The notes beneath the pieces were generated by a model. The model saw nothing but the letters and a program-made list of their open reading frames with translations. It made no database searches and had not been told where the DNA came from. A stretch of 63,701 nt of DNA, the filler included, from Clostridia bacterium (GTDB taxonomy: Bacteria > CBDUZB01 > JAGLHV01): NCBI GenBank assembly GCA_030637025.1. It is 5 parts of 5 records of this genome, joined end to end, with 100 filler letters (N's around TTAATTAATTAA, not from the genome) between each part and the next. Parts side by side here need not be neighbours in the genome. Positions count along the whole stretch, not along the records: positions 14,774 to 31,072 come from DAOVVV010000044.1; positions 31,173 to 56,392 come from DAOVVV010000035.1; 3 more parts are not named here. One strand, given 5' to 3'. How positions within the stretch are numbered: the first letter of the stretch is position 1; each line of letters opens with the position of its first letter. This document shows, piece by piece, positions 29,086-39,972 of the stretch. Made by a program: the position numbers and the translations under genes.

Positions 29086-30846
29086 ATGGGTAAAGAATAT
29101 TTTGGTGATGTTATTGCCGTTTATCCTAATAAGATACGTATAGCGATTGACAAAGAGAAATACGATGGTATGGATGATGAGCAATTAAAAAAATTTACGT
29201 TAGGTGCATATCTTGAAATATCTGATAAAGAAGATGCAAAAATATTATCGATTATTGAAAATTTTTCTATAACCTGTGAAACAGATAAAGATGGAAAAGA
29301 AAAGAAAAAGTATATTATTGAGGCATTGCCGCTGGGAAGCATAGTTGACGGAAAATTTAAACGAGGTGGGGATAGCATTGTTTTGCCACCGAAAGGGATG
29401 AGTCCAGCTTCCGAAGTTGATATTAAAAATGTTTATGAAGGCTGGATTGAAAAAGATAAAAAATTCAAATTTTCTAAGCTAATACAAAATGATAACGTTC
29501 AGGTTTCCGTTGATGGAAATCGATTTTTCAATAAACATTTTGCGATAATTGGAGCCACTGGTTCTGGTAAATCTTGTTCTGTGGCAAAAATATTACAAGA
29601 GGCGATTAAAACTAAAAATGCCGGATATCAAGAGCTTAATAATTCACACATCATTTTATTTGATATTCACGGTGAGTATAAAACAGCTTTTCCAGAATGC
29701 AATTATTTAGAGTTACAAAATTTAAAAATTCCGTATTGGCTTTTTGATAGTGAAGAACTTGGTGAGTTATTCATTGAAAGCAATGAACAAAATTCTCATA
29801 ATCAAATATCGCAGTTTAGATTTTGTGTTACGGAAAATAAAAAATTAAAAAACCAGGATATTCCATCGAGTAAAGTTTTTTACGATTCATCATTAAAATT
29901 TAGTATAGAAGAAGTTGTTAGGTATATAAAAAATGTAAATAACGAGTTGATAAATAAAAATAAAAATCGAACTCCGGCAGATAAAAATGGAATACTTATA
30001 AACAACCGCATTCCTGATTATTTTAACAGGGAATTTGAATTTAGTAAGATTGATTCGGGATACGTGAATGGGCCTTATACGGGAGATTTTGAACGTTTTG
30101 TCATGAGATTGGAGACGACCATAAATAACCCTCGTTTAAACTTTATATTTAAAGATATTGATTCTGTAACGATTGAAGATGTTCTGCGGAAATTTATTGG
30201 ATATTTAGATGATAAAAAATCAAATATTACTGTAATTGATCTTGGTGGAATACCTTTTGAAGTTTTGAGCATAACGGTTTCTCTTATTTCAAGACTATTA
30301 TTTGATTTTGGATTCTATTACAAAAAATATCTTTCTAAAAAAGGAATTATTTGTGAAACTCCTTTGCTATTAGTGTATGAAGAAGCACATAAATACGTTC
30401 CTAGAAGTGAATTGGTGAGATATAGAGCATCAAAAAATGCTATTGAGAGAATTGCTAAAGAGGGTCGAAAATATGGTGTGACACTTGGGATTGTGAGCCA
30501 AAGGCCTTCAGAAATATCTGAGACTATTTTTTCGCAATGCAATAATTTTATTGCCATGAGGTTAACAAATCCAAATGACCAAGCATATGTAAAGCGGTTA
30601 TTGCCTGATAATATTGGGGGTTTAATAGATGTTTTACCTTCTCTCCAACAAGGTGAAGGGTTATTAATTGGTGATGCTATCGTTATGCCTACACTGATTA
30701 AAATAGATAAGTGCAATAAGGAACCTTCATCGAGTGATATTCCATATTATGATATTTGGAAGGAGCAATGGAAAGATGTGTTGTTTGAAAAAATAACAGA
30801 AAACTGGCAAGGGAAAAGCAAGGACAATAAGGAACATAACACATAG
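29086..30846 (+). CDS. herA: HerA-family ATPase (DUF87/DUF853), antiphage type
   Basis: N-terminal barrel, FFNKHFAIIGATGSGKS, FDIHGEY, YEEAHKY, ERIAKEGRKYG and SQRPSE. Confidence 0.9.
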   Translation: MGKEYFGDVIAVYPNKIRIAIDKEKYDGMDDEQLKKFTLGAYLEISDKEDAKILSIIENFSITCETDKDGKEKKKYIIEALPLGSIVDGKFKRGGDSIVLPPKGMSPASEVDIKNVYEGWIEKDKKFKFSKLIQNDNVQVSVDGNRFFNKHFAIIGATGSGKSCSVAKILQEAIKTKNAGYQELNNSHIILFDIHGEYKTAFPECNYLELQNLKIPYWLFDSEELGELFIESNEQNSHNQISQFRFCVTENKKLKNQDIPSSKVFYDSSLKFSIEEVVRYIKNVNNELINKNKNRTPADKNGILINNRIPDYFNREFEFSKIDSGYVNGPYTGDFERFVMRLETTINNPRLNFIFKDIDSVTIEDVLRKFIGYLDDKKSNITVIDLGGIPFEVLSITVSLISRLLFDFGFYYKKYLSKKGIICETPLLLVYEEAHKYVPRSELVRYRASKNAIERIAKEGRKYGVTLGIVSQRPSEISETIFSQCNNFIAMRLTNPNDQAYVKRLLPDNIGGLIDVLPSLQQGEGLLIGDAIVMPTLIKIDKCNKEPSSSDIPYYDIWKEQWKDVLFEKITENWQGKSKDNKEHNT

Positions 30847-31072
30847 AGGACGTTGGCGAAAAGATGCGGGACAATACTATAACAAATGTCAATAAGTAAA
30901 AAAACAAAAAGCTCCCCTATCAGTCTTTAAAGACCTTTTTTTTTAAAATATAATCTACAAATTCAGTGTGTTTCACCAACTGCCAATTTCTCCAATAATC
31001 GTTATAGATACAGCGTTATAGACTTTTGCTATACGCTAATAATACTTTATACATTGTAAGAAATTCGGTGAA

Positions 31073-31172
31073 NNNNNNNNNNNNNNNNNNNNNNNNNNNN
31101 NNNNNNNNNNNNNNNNTTAATTAATTAANNNNNNNNNNNNNNNNNNNNNNNNNNNNNNNNNNNNNNNNNNNN
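31073..31172. other. Artificial contig linker
   Basis: N44-TTAATTAATTAA-N44. Confidence 0.97.
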
Positions 31173-31173
31173 A

Positions 31174-31851
31174 ACTTTAAAAGCAGATGCCGGTTTTTTA
31201 TTAGATACGGGAGCGGAAAAAGTTTTTCTTGTTGATGAAAAGGGAAATATTATCAGGAATGATATAGCTTTAGCCATAGTCATTTTATTAGTTTTAAAGA
31301 CAACGGGTGGAAATATAGCCGTTCCGGTAAATGTTTCCCGTGTTGTGGAAAAAATGGCTCAAAAATATAAGGCAAAAGTTTATAGGACTGGTATGTCCCC
31401 TAAAGCGATGATAGAATTTGCTAAGCAAAACAAGAATGAAGTAAATTGTCTTTGTGATGGAATAGGAGGATATATTTTTCCTCAATTTCAACCGGCTTTT
31501 GATGGAATGTTTTCTGTTGCTAAAATATTAGAACTTTTAGCTGTTGATAAAAGCTCTCTTTATAAGATAGCCAGAACGATACCGCCTTTTACTGTTCTTC
31601 ATCGTCAGATTGCTTGTGATTGGGATAGGAAAGGGAAGGTTATGCGTTATATTATTGAAGAAAATCTTTCCGCTAAGAGGAAAGTTGAACTTATTGATGG
31701 AGTAAAAATATTTTTTGGCAGGGATTGGGTATTATTACGACCTGATCCGGATCGTCCGTTATTTCATATTTATGCGGAAACCAGCGAGAGAAAAAAAACG
31801 CGGGATTTGATGAATACATATATCCGGAAAATAGAAAGATGGCAAAAATAA
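31174..31851 (+). CDS. C-terminal phosphomannomutase-like region, probably of a mannose-1-phosphate guanylyltransferase/PMM fusion (5' truncated)
   Basis: Frame is open back to the contig edge: TLKADAGFLLDTGAEKVFLVDEKG...FDGMF...WDRKGKVMR...IDGVKI...PDPDRP. Confidence 0.75.
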   Translation, partial: TLKADAGFLLDTGAEKVFLVDEKGNIIRNDIALAIVILLVLKTTGGNIAVPVNVSRVVEKMAQKYKAKVYRTGMSPKAMIEFAKQNKNEVNCLCDGIGGYIFPQFQPAFDGMFSVAKILELLAVDKSSLYKIARTIPPFTVLHRQIACDWDRKGKVMRYIIEENLSAKRKVELIDGVKIFFGRDWVLLRPDPDRPLFHIYAETSERKKTRDLMNTYIRKIERWQK

Positions 31852-31875
31852 ATAAAAAAGGGGGAATGGGGAAAA

Positions 31876-33321
31876 GTGCAGCAAATAAAATTTGGGACTT
31901 CGGGATGGAGAGGAATTATTTCAGATGATTTTACATTTGAAAACGTCAAAATTGTTGTTCAGGCAATAGCGGATTTCATTAAGCAAACAAAAACCAAAAA
32001 TAAAGGGTCTTTGGATTCTAATCTTTCTGTGGTGATAGGATATGATACGCGGTTTTTATCTAAAGAATTTGCCCAAAAAGCGGCTATGGTTTTAGCTGCA
32101 AACAATATAAGAGCTTATCTTTCCTGTAGGGATGTTCCTACACCTGTAATTGCTTATTATATCTGTCGGCAAAAAATGCAGGGAGGAATTAATTTTACTG
32201 CCAGTCATAATCCGGCAGAATATAATGGAATAAAATTTTCCCGTTTTTCCGGTGGCCCGGCTTTACCGGAAGAAACGAAAATAATAGAAAAAAAATGTGT
32301 TATTTTAAAAAAGAAGGGCATAAAAATAAAAGAAATGCCTTTGAAGGAAGGGTTGGAAAAAAAACTGATAAAGTATGTTGATTTACAAAAAATTTATATG
32401 AGGAGAATTAATCAGTTAGTTGATTTAAAAATGATAGGGAAAAGAAGGCCGAAAATAATAGTTGATTTAATGTATGGAACAGGACGTAATTATTTGGATG
32501 ATATTTTACAAGAGGCTGGTTGCCGGGTTAAGCGGTTACATGATTGGATAGATGCTTATTTTGGGGGACATACACCGGAACCTTCCTTTAAAAATATGTC
32601 TGAGGCCGCAAGCTTGATTAAGAAGGAAAAGGCGTCTTTAGTTTTGGGGTTAGACGGTGATGCTGACCGGTTTGGTATTATTGATGCTGATGGGTCGTTT
32701 ATTTCCCCTAATCAGGTATTGGCTCTTCTCCTTGCCCATTTACTTAAGACAAGGAAATGGAAAGGAGTTGTAGCCCGTTCAGTAGCTACTTCTTCTTTTG
32801 TTGATGCGATAGCAAAGAAACATGGAATTCCGGTAAGAGAAACCCCGGTAGGTTTTAAATATATCGGAGATATAATGACCAAAGAAGAGATGATTATCGG
32901 AGGAGAAGAGAGTGGAGGTTTGACTATAAAAGGGCATATTCCGGAAAAGGATGGAATATTAGCTTGTTTGCTTATAGCGGAAATGGTTGCTTATGAAAAA
33001 AAATCAATAAAAGAGATTTTAAAAAATCTTTATAAAGAATTTGGACTCTTTTTAACCGATAGAATTAATTTTCGTCTTACGACTGAGAAGATGGAACAAC
33101 TAAAAAAAAGATTAAAAGAAAATCCTCCTTCTAAATTTGGAGATTTAAAGGTTTCTGAATTAATAACCATTGACGGATTCAAATTCGTTTTGCAGGACAC
33201 AAGTTGGGTAATGATTCGTTTTTCGGGAACAGAGCCGGTAGTGAGATATTATATAGAAACTAATTCACAAAGTAAGATGCGAAAATTAACAGAAGCGGGA
33301 AAATTATTAGTAACTAAATAA
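31876..33321 (+). CDS. Phosphoglucomutase/phosphomannomutase
   Basis: IKFGTSGWRG, TASHNP, DGDADR, GGEESGG and RFSGTEP. Confidence 0.93.
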   Translation: MQQIKFGTSGWRGIISDDFTFENVKIVVQAIADFIKQTKTKNKGSLDSNLSVVIGYDTRFLSKEFAQKAAMVLAANNIRAYLSCRDVPTPVIAYYICRQKMQGGINFTASHNPAEYNGIKFSRFSGGPALPEETKIIEKKCVILKKKGIKIKEMPLKEGLEKKLIKYVDLQKIYMRRINQLVDLKMIGKRRPKIIVDLMYGTGRNYLDDILQEAGCRVKRLHDWIDAYFGGHTPEPSFKNMSEAASLIKKEKASLVLGLDGDADRFGIIDADGSFISPNQVLALLLAHLLKTRKWKGVVARSVATSSFVDAIAKKHGIPVRETPVGFKYIGDIMTKEEMIIGGEESGGLTIKGHIPEKDGILACLLIAEMVAYEKKSIKEILKNLYKEFGLFLTDRINFRLTTEKMEQLKKRLKENPPSKFGDLKVSELITIDGFKFVLQDTSWVMIRFSGTEPVVRYYIETNSQSKMRKLTEAGKLLVTK

Positions 33322-33356
33322 TAAAAAAAGTAAAAAACAGGATTTTTCGTAAATAA

Positions 33357-34739
<1,383 letters not shown>

Positions 34740-34765
34740 ATCTAAATTAGAAAAATAATAAATTA

Positions 34766-35068
34766 ATGGGTAAAAAATACAGAAAAAAAATTTTCAAAAA
34801 CAGGGTTGTTTTGTTTGTAACAATAGTTGTTTTTTTATTTCTTTTTGGGAATAACAAATTCCGCAGCGTGGTAAAAAATTATATTCGGATTAATAGGATG
34901 AAAAGGGACTTAGTTAAATTAAAAGAAGAAAATGAAAAAATCAAACAACAACTTTATATCGTACAGGAAGATTCTTTTTATGTTGAAGAAATTGCCCGGA
35001 GAGAATTAGGACTGCTTAAACCGGGAGAAATAGAATACAGATTTATAAATAAAGGAAAAAAGAAATAG
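34766..35068 (+). CDS. ftsB: Septum formation initiator FtsB/DivIC
   Basis: TM helix, coiled coil, EEIARRELGLLKPGE; follows eno. Confidence 0.88.
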   Translation: MGKKYRKKIFKNRVVLFVTIVVFLFLFGNNKFRSVVKNYIRINRMKRDLVKLKEENEKIKQQLYIVQEDSFYVEEIARRELGLLKPGEIEYRFINKGKKK

Positions 35069-35116
35069 TTAAAAGACAGGCACAAAGGCATCAAGGCACA
35101 GAGGCACAAAGTGAAA
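35067..35116 (+). repeat. GGCACA-family element, left arm of an inverted pair
   Basis: 48/50 match to the reverse complement of 36241-36290; related copies near 14272-14315 and 50442-50460. Confidence 0.85.
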
Positions 35117-35230
35117 AAAAAAAGACAGTTTCCCTCACCTTTGAAAAAAGGGGTTAGGGGTTTTTGATAAAACAGTTAAACATGGAAATGTTATTGTAGG
35201 GGTGAACCCCTGTGTTCACCCAAAAGAGGA

Positions 35231-35457
35231 AAATAAAGGTAAAATATGTTTCTCTCTAGACGCATAATTTTACCCTTCGGGCACGCAAAAACAAAATAGT
35301 CCATAGTCCACAGTCGATAGTCCATAGATAACGGAATAAAGACAACAGATATAGGATTTGAAGTTTAAATTGAGGTTTAAAAAAAAGCGGTTTGCAAATG
35401 CTAATTTTCACTAAAATTTGCTAAGTCGTTCAAAACACATTTCACCTTCATTTTTTT
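35231..35457 (+). repeat. Family 2 palindromic element with replaced centre
   Basis: Ends match 50112-50283; centre carries GTCCATA/GTCGATA heptamers. Confidence 0.75.
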
Positions 35458-35477
35458 AGTTTATTGTAAAATATTAA

Positions 35478-36155
35478 ATGGAAGTTAAGGGAATAATGTG
35501 GAAAATTAAGTATTTAAAATGTCCGTTTTGTCATTATGTTTTTCCTGAAAAAAAAATGGAATTGCATAGCTTTGAAGACCCTTGTCCCAATTGCAAAAAG
35601 AGTACTGGACAATGTGGTCGATGGCCATTGGTAGCAATTGAGAACCTTCTGGAAATAGCTAAGAACCAAAAATTAAATAACTATCATGAGAAAGTAATAT
35701 GTATTGTCTTTTTATGTATAACATTGGAAGCGTTATTAGAAGTTGTTCTTTACGAATTGATAAAAACTCAGAAAAGTAAAAGAGATTTACAAAAAATTTG
35801 GGGTTGGAAGAAAAAGTGTGACGAATATAAACGACTTAGTGGTTGTTCTTTAAAAGAATTTTTATGTTCAAAAGGATATAATTCTTTTTATGATGATTGG
35901 GTTAAGCTTGTGGAAGCACGTAATAAAATAGTGCATGGAAGTTTTTTTAGTCGGATAATAGAGAATAAGATTATTAATGATGAAATAGAGAATAGGATTA
36001 TTAATAAAAAAGAGAATAAGATTATTAATAAAATATCGGACAATTGTTTAAAAGTATTTGTAGAAGTTCATAATGATATCCAGAGAAAAAAACAGACACA
36101 GAGTAAAAAGAAAAGGCATAAAGTAGGGGCGACTAAGGTCGCCCAAAAAAGTTAA
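35478..36155 (+). CDS. Hypothetical protein with Zn-ribbon and HEPN-like RxxxxH motif
   Basis: CPFC...CPNC; LEALLE helix; ARNKIVH; internal (ENKIIN)x3 repeat. Confidence 0.55.
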   Translation: MEVKGIMWKIKYLKCPFCHYVFPEKKMELHSFEDPCPNCKKSTGQCGRWPLVAIENLLEIAKNQKLNNYHEKVICIVFLCITLEALLEVVLYELIKTQKSKRDLQKIWGWKKKCDEYKRLSGCSLKEFLCSKGYNSFYDDWVKLVEARNKIVHGSFFSRIIENKIINDEIENRIINKKENKIINKISDNCLKVFVEVHNDIQRKKQTQSKKKRHKVGATKVAQKS

Positions 36156-36240
36156 AGGGTAACTCCTACGCGAAAAATTTATTATATCGTTCAAAACATA
36201 TTTTGCCTTTATTTTTTGTTTATATCTTAGTATTTTATCT

Positions 36241-36290
36241 TTTAACTTTGTGCCTCTCTGCCTTGATGCCTTTGTGCCTGTCTTTTAACT
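36241..36290 (-). repeat. GGCACA-family element, right arm of an inverted pair
   Basis: Inverted copy of 35067-35116. Confidence 0.85.
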
Positions 36291-36302
36291 TTACGCTTGT
36301 TC

Positions 36303-36332
36303 TTGACAAAGGGTGACTGTGGCTGATATAAT
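36303..36332 (+). promoter_or_regulatory. Sigma70-type promoter
   Basis: TTGACA-18-TATAAT with TGn extended -10. Confidence 0.65.
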
Positions 36333-36426
36333 CACATTCATAATCAGAAATGGGATTTTGTTTTTATACGAGTAATCCCCTTAAAAATTCGTCGGGGATT
36401 TTAAATTTCTTTAAAGGAAAGTAAAA

Positions 36427-37620
36427 ATGGCTAAAACAATTGCAGAAATTAATCAGAAAATTAAAAGTGGGCAGGTTGTAGTAGTAACTGCGGAAGAAAT
36501 TATCGATATTGTTGAGAAAAAAGGAGTAGAAAAGGCAGCTAAAGAAGTAGATGTGGTTACCTGTGCTACTTTTGGGCCTATGTGTTCTTCAGGCGCTTAT
36601 TTTAATATCTGTAGTGGTAAGCCTAAAATAAAACTAGGGGGAGGAAATGCTTTACTTAACGATGTTCCTGTTTATTGTGGTTTTGCTGCCGGGGATATTT
36701 ATTTAGGAGCTACAGCACTTCCAGGGGAAGATCCGAGAAATAAAGTTTATCCCGGGGAATTTAAATATGGTGGAGGACATGTAATAGAAGAGCTTATATC
36801 CGGAGAAGATGTAAAATTAATTGCTAATGCTTATGGGACTGATTGTTATTCCAGAAAAAAATTAGAAATACGGGTTAATATTAATGATTTTAATGAAGCA
36901 GTTCTTTTTAATATGAGAAATGCTTATCAAAATTATAACTGTGCGGTTAATTTATCTGATAGGATTATATATACTTATATGGGGGTTTTAAAACCGAATT
37001 TAAGTAATGCTAATTATTGTAATGCCGGGCAGCTTTCTCCTTTGTTGAATGATCCTTATTATGAAACCCTTGGTGTGGGGACACGTATTTTTTTAGGTGG
37101 GGGCGTGGGTTATATAAGCTGGCATGGGACTCAACACAATCCTAAGGTAAAGCGTGCAGAAAATGGCGTGCCTTTATCTCCGGCAGGAACTATATCTGTT
37201 ATTGGAGATTTAAAACAGATGAAGAGGGAATTTTTAGTAGGGATTTCCTTACTTGGTTATGGTGCGAGTTTAAGTGTCGGTATAGGTATTCCTATACCTG
37301 TTTTAAATGAGAAAATATGTAAATATGTGGCAGTAAGAGATAAAGATATCTGGACGCAGATAGTTGATTATAGCGATTCTACAGGACCGGGAATTATAGG
37401 AAAAGTGAATTATGCTCAGTTGAAAAGTGGTGAAATAGAAATTAACGGAAAAAAGGTTCCTACCGGAAGTATGTCCAGTTATTCTAAAGCAATAGAGATT
37501 GCTGATATTTTAAAGAATTGGATAAAAAAGGGAGAGTTCTTTTTAACCGACCCGGTAACGTCCCTTCCCGGTTTTCAAACAGATTATAAATTCAAACCTT
37601 TAATAGAGCGGCCACTTTAG
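36427..37620 (+). CDS. Homocysteine biosynthesis enzyme (DUF39, aspartate-semialdehyde sulfurtransferase-like)
   Basis: KTIAEINQKI, VDVVTCATFGPMCSSGA, YGGGHVIE, RNAYQNY and GTQHNP. Confidence 0.88.
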   Translation: MAKTIAEINQKIKSGQVVVVTAEEIIDIVEKKGVEKAAKEVDVVTCATFGPMCSSGAYFNICSGKPKIKLGGGNALLNDVPVYCGFAAGDIYLGATALPGEDPRNKVYPGEFKYGGGHVIEELISGEDVKLIANAYGTDCYSRKKLEIRVNINDFNEAVLFNMRNAYQNYNCAVNLSDRIIYTYMGVLKPNLSNANYCNAGQLSPLLNDPYYETLGVGTRIFLGGGVGYISWHGTQHNPKVKRAENGVPLSPAGTISVIGDLKQMKREFLVGISLLGYGASLSVGIGIPIPVLNEKICKYVAVRDKDIWTQIVDYSDSTGPGIIGKVNYAQLKSGEIEINGKKVPTGSMSSYSKAIEIADILKNWIKKGEFFLTDPVTSLPGFQTDYKFKPLIERPL

Positions 37621-37629
37621 TTAATAGAA

Positions 37630-37860
37630 AAGACAGTCCATGGTCCACAGTCGATATCCATAGATGGCAGACAACAGTTCACAGATGACAGACAAAGACA
37701 AAAAATTGCAAATGGCGAATAGCAAAAGAAAAAAGACAATTTCCCCAAAGGGGGTTAGTGGGAATTTATGACTATGTCTGACGCGAACGAAGTGAGTATA
37801 TGACTATTTGTGACATAGTTTTTATGAGTTGAAAGATTTGGGAATTGGAAGTTTTAGAGA
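37630..37860. repeat. Intergenic mosaic of short repeats
   Basis: GTCCATG/GTCCACA/GTCGATA heptamers (as at 35299-35330), AAAGGGGGTTAG element and GAACGAAGTGAG hairpin. Confidence 0.6.
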
Positions 37861-37904
37861 CGATTAGTTGATTATATTGGAAAATAGGAAAGAAGGATAT
37901 AACG

Positions 37905-38822
37905 TTGTTTAAGGAACAATTACAGGAAAAAATACAAAAGCTTAAAGAAAAAAGGAATGCTGTAATTCTTGCTCATAGTTATCAAATTGAAGAAATTCAG
38001 GAAGTTGCGGATTTTGTAGGAGGTTCTTTAGCGTTAAGTTATAAAGCGGCCCAAACACAAGCAAAAGTCATACTTTTTTGCGGAGTTCGTTTTATGGCGG
38101 AAACTGCTTCTATTTTATGTCCGGATAAAATAATTTTGTTGCCGGATATGAATGCCGGTTGTCCGCTGGCGGATATGGTGACAGCTGAAGATTTAAAAGA
38201 ATTAAAAAATAAACATCCCCAGGCAAAAATAGTTGGGTATGTTAATACTACGGCTCAGGTAAAAGCGGAGTTGGATGTATGTTGTACTTCCGGTAACGCT
38301 GTTAATATAATAGAATCATTGAAAAACGAGGAAGAAATTATTTTTGTTCCGGATAAAAATTTAGGCTCTTTTGTTAAAAAGAAAACAGGAAAAAATATTA
38401 TTTTGTGGAATGGTTTTTGTCCTGTACATGTTAAAATTTCAGTAAAGGATATTGAAGATAAAAAGAGATTATATCCTAATGCAAAAGTAATTGTTCATCC
38501 TGAGTGTAGGCCGGAAGTCATTGAAATAGCTGATGAAGTGCTATCTACGGGAGGGATGTGTAAATACGCCAGAGAAAATACAAAGATTAAACAAATAATA
38601 GTAGGTACGGAAGTAGGATTATTGCATAAATTGCGTAACGAAAATCCCAAAAAAAATTTTTATCCTGTCTCAGAATCAATAATATGTCCTGATATGAAAA
38701 TAACTACTCTGGAGAAAGTTTATTGGGCATTAGAAAACATGAAATATGAAATAAAAGTTTCTTCGGATTTGCGTTTTAAAGCTAAAAGAGGGGTGGACGA
38801 GATGGTTAAAATTTTACCCTGA
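37905..38822 (+). CDS. nadA: Quinolinate synthase
   Basis: ILAHSYQ, FCGVRFMAET, GCPLAD, YVNT, HPEC and CPDMK. Confidence 0.95.
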   Translation: MFKEQLQEKIQKLKEKRNAVILAHSYQIEEIQEVADFVGGSLALSYKAAQTQAKVILFCGVRFMAETASILCPDKIILLPDMNAGCPLADMVTAEDLKELKNKHPQAKIVGYVNTTAQVKAELDVCCTSGNAVNIIESLKNEEEIIFVPDKNLGSFVKKKTGKNIILWNGFCPVHVKISVKDIEDKKRLYPNAKVIVHPECRPEVIEIADEVLSTGGMCKYARENTKIKQIIVGTEVGLLHKLRNENPKKNFYPVSESIICPDMKITTLEKVYWALENMKYEIKVSSDLRFKAKRGVDEMVKILP

Positions 38823-38967
38823 TTTTTGCGAAAAATCACTAAATCGTTCAGAATATATTTTGCCTTTATTTTTCGAAGATATAAGAATAATGCGGCTGGT
38901 TTGAGAGAAGATAAGGACAAAATTTAAGTTTAATAATAACGAATATGTTTTTTTGATTATTTTTTAC

Positions 38968-38996
38968 TTGACTAATTGTGAAAGTTTGATTAAAAT
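38968..38996 (+). promoter_or_regulatory. rplM-rpsI promoter
   Basis: TTGACT-17-TAAAAT. Confidence 0.55.
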
Positions 38997-39032
38997 AAGG
39001 TCTTATAAATTTTAAGAAGGTAGGTTAATGAT

Positions 39033-39482
39033 ATGAAAACTTATATGGCTAAAGAAAAAGAAATAAATAAAAAATGGTATTTGATTGATGGGACGGATGT
39101 TGTTTTAGGGAGATTGTCTGTTTTTGTGGCTAATTTATTAAGAGGAAAAAGTAAACCGACTTTTACTGCTCATGTAGATGCCGGTGATTTTGTGATTGTA
39201 ATAAATGCAGAAAAGATTAGGTTGACGGGTAATAAATTAAAACAAAAAATACATTATCATCATTCAGGGTATCCGGGTGGAATTAAGGGTATCCGTTATG
39301 ATAAGCTAATGAGTGAAACTCCCCAGAAAGCAGTGAGATTGGCGGTAAAGGGGATGTTACCGCATAACCGGTTAGGTAGGCGTTTAATTACTAAATTGAA
39401 GATATATAGAGGGGAAGAACATTCTCATTCTTCCCAAAATCCGGAAATAATAAAAATAAATGAGTATTCAAAATTAAAATAG
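39033..39482 (+). CDS. rplM: 50S ribosomal protein L13
   Basis: [17 protein letters not shown] and HSGYPGG. Confidence 0.98.
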   Translation: MKTYMAKEKEINKKWYLIDGTDVVLGRLSVFVANLLRGKSKPTFTAHVDAGDFVIVINAEKIRLTGNKLKQKIHYHHSGYPGGIKGIRYDKLMSETPQKAVRLAVKGMLPHNRLGRRLITKLKIYRGEEHSHSSQNPEIIKINEYSKLK

Positions 39483-39513
39483 AAAACATTGTTTCAATTT
39501 AAGGAGGCAAGAG

Positions 39514-39912
39514 ATGGAAGAAATGACTACTTTGTGGGGTGTGGGAAGAAGAAAAAATGCAGTAGCAAGGGTGCGAATATTACCGGGTAAAGGCAAAATC
39601 ACTATAAATAAGAAATTGTTAGATGTTTATTTCCTGGGGCATGAGGGTTTAAAAATAAGAGTTGTTGAACCATTAGAACTGACTAAAATGATAAATAAAT
39701 TTAATGTGTTTGTTAATGTCAAAGGTGGTGGAATTTCCGGGCAATCAGGGGCAATAAAACATGGATTATCGCGTGCTTTGGCCCAGTTGGATGAAAAGAC
39801 AAAAAAAGTTTTACGCAAAGAAGGTTTTTTAACCAGAGATTCTCGAATGGTAGAAAGGAAAAAACCGGGAATGCCTAAAGCGAGGAAAAAGTTTCAATTT
39901 TCCAAAAGGTAA
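39514..39912 (+). CDS. rpsI: 30S ribosomal protein S9
   Basis: [17 protein letters not shown] and [11 protein letters not shown]. Confidence 0.98.
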   Translation: MEEMTTLWGVGRRKNAVARVRILPGKGKITINKKLLDVYFLGHEGLKIRVVEPLELTKMINKFNVFVNVKGGGISGQSGAIKHGLSRALAQLDEKTKKVLRKEGFLTRDSRMVERKKPGMPKARKKFQFSKR

Positions 39913-39937
39913 TATTTTTAATAGTGATATAAATAAT

Positions 39938-39972
39938 AAAAAAGCGGAAAGAATTTTTCTTTCCGTTTTTTT
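39938..39972. terminator. Bidirectional intrinsic terminator
   Basis: GCGGAAAGAA/TTCTTTCCGT hairpin flanked by A and T runs between convergent genes. Confidence 0.75.

Larger units (their letters stand above)
25204..30855. mobile_element. Putative defence island downstream of tRNA-Ser
   Basis: Three co-oriented defence-type genes; lacks the host CCGG enrichment; bounded by inverted repeat CAACGTCCCCTATGT / ACATAGAGGACGTTG (14/15). Confidence 0.6.

Noticed and set aside
30856-31072. Integron attC site or attR copy of tRNA-Ser at the island end
   Set aside because: CGTTATAGA occurs twice, but I found no convincing RYYYAAC/GTTRRRY pairing or tRNA 3' duplicate; the contig ends here
36333-36426. 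SAM riboswitch ahead of the homocysteine gene
   Set aside because: Leader is short and lacks recognisable SAM-I/II core motifs
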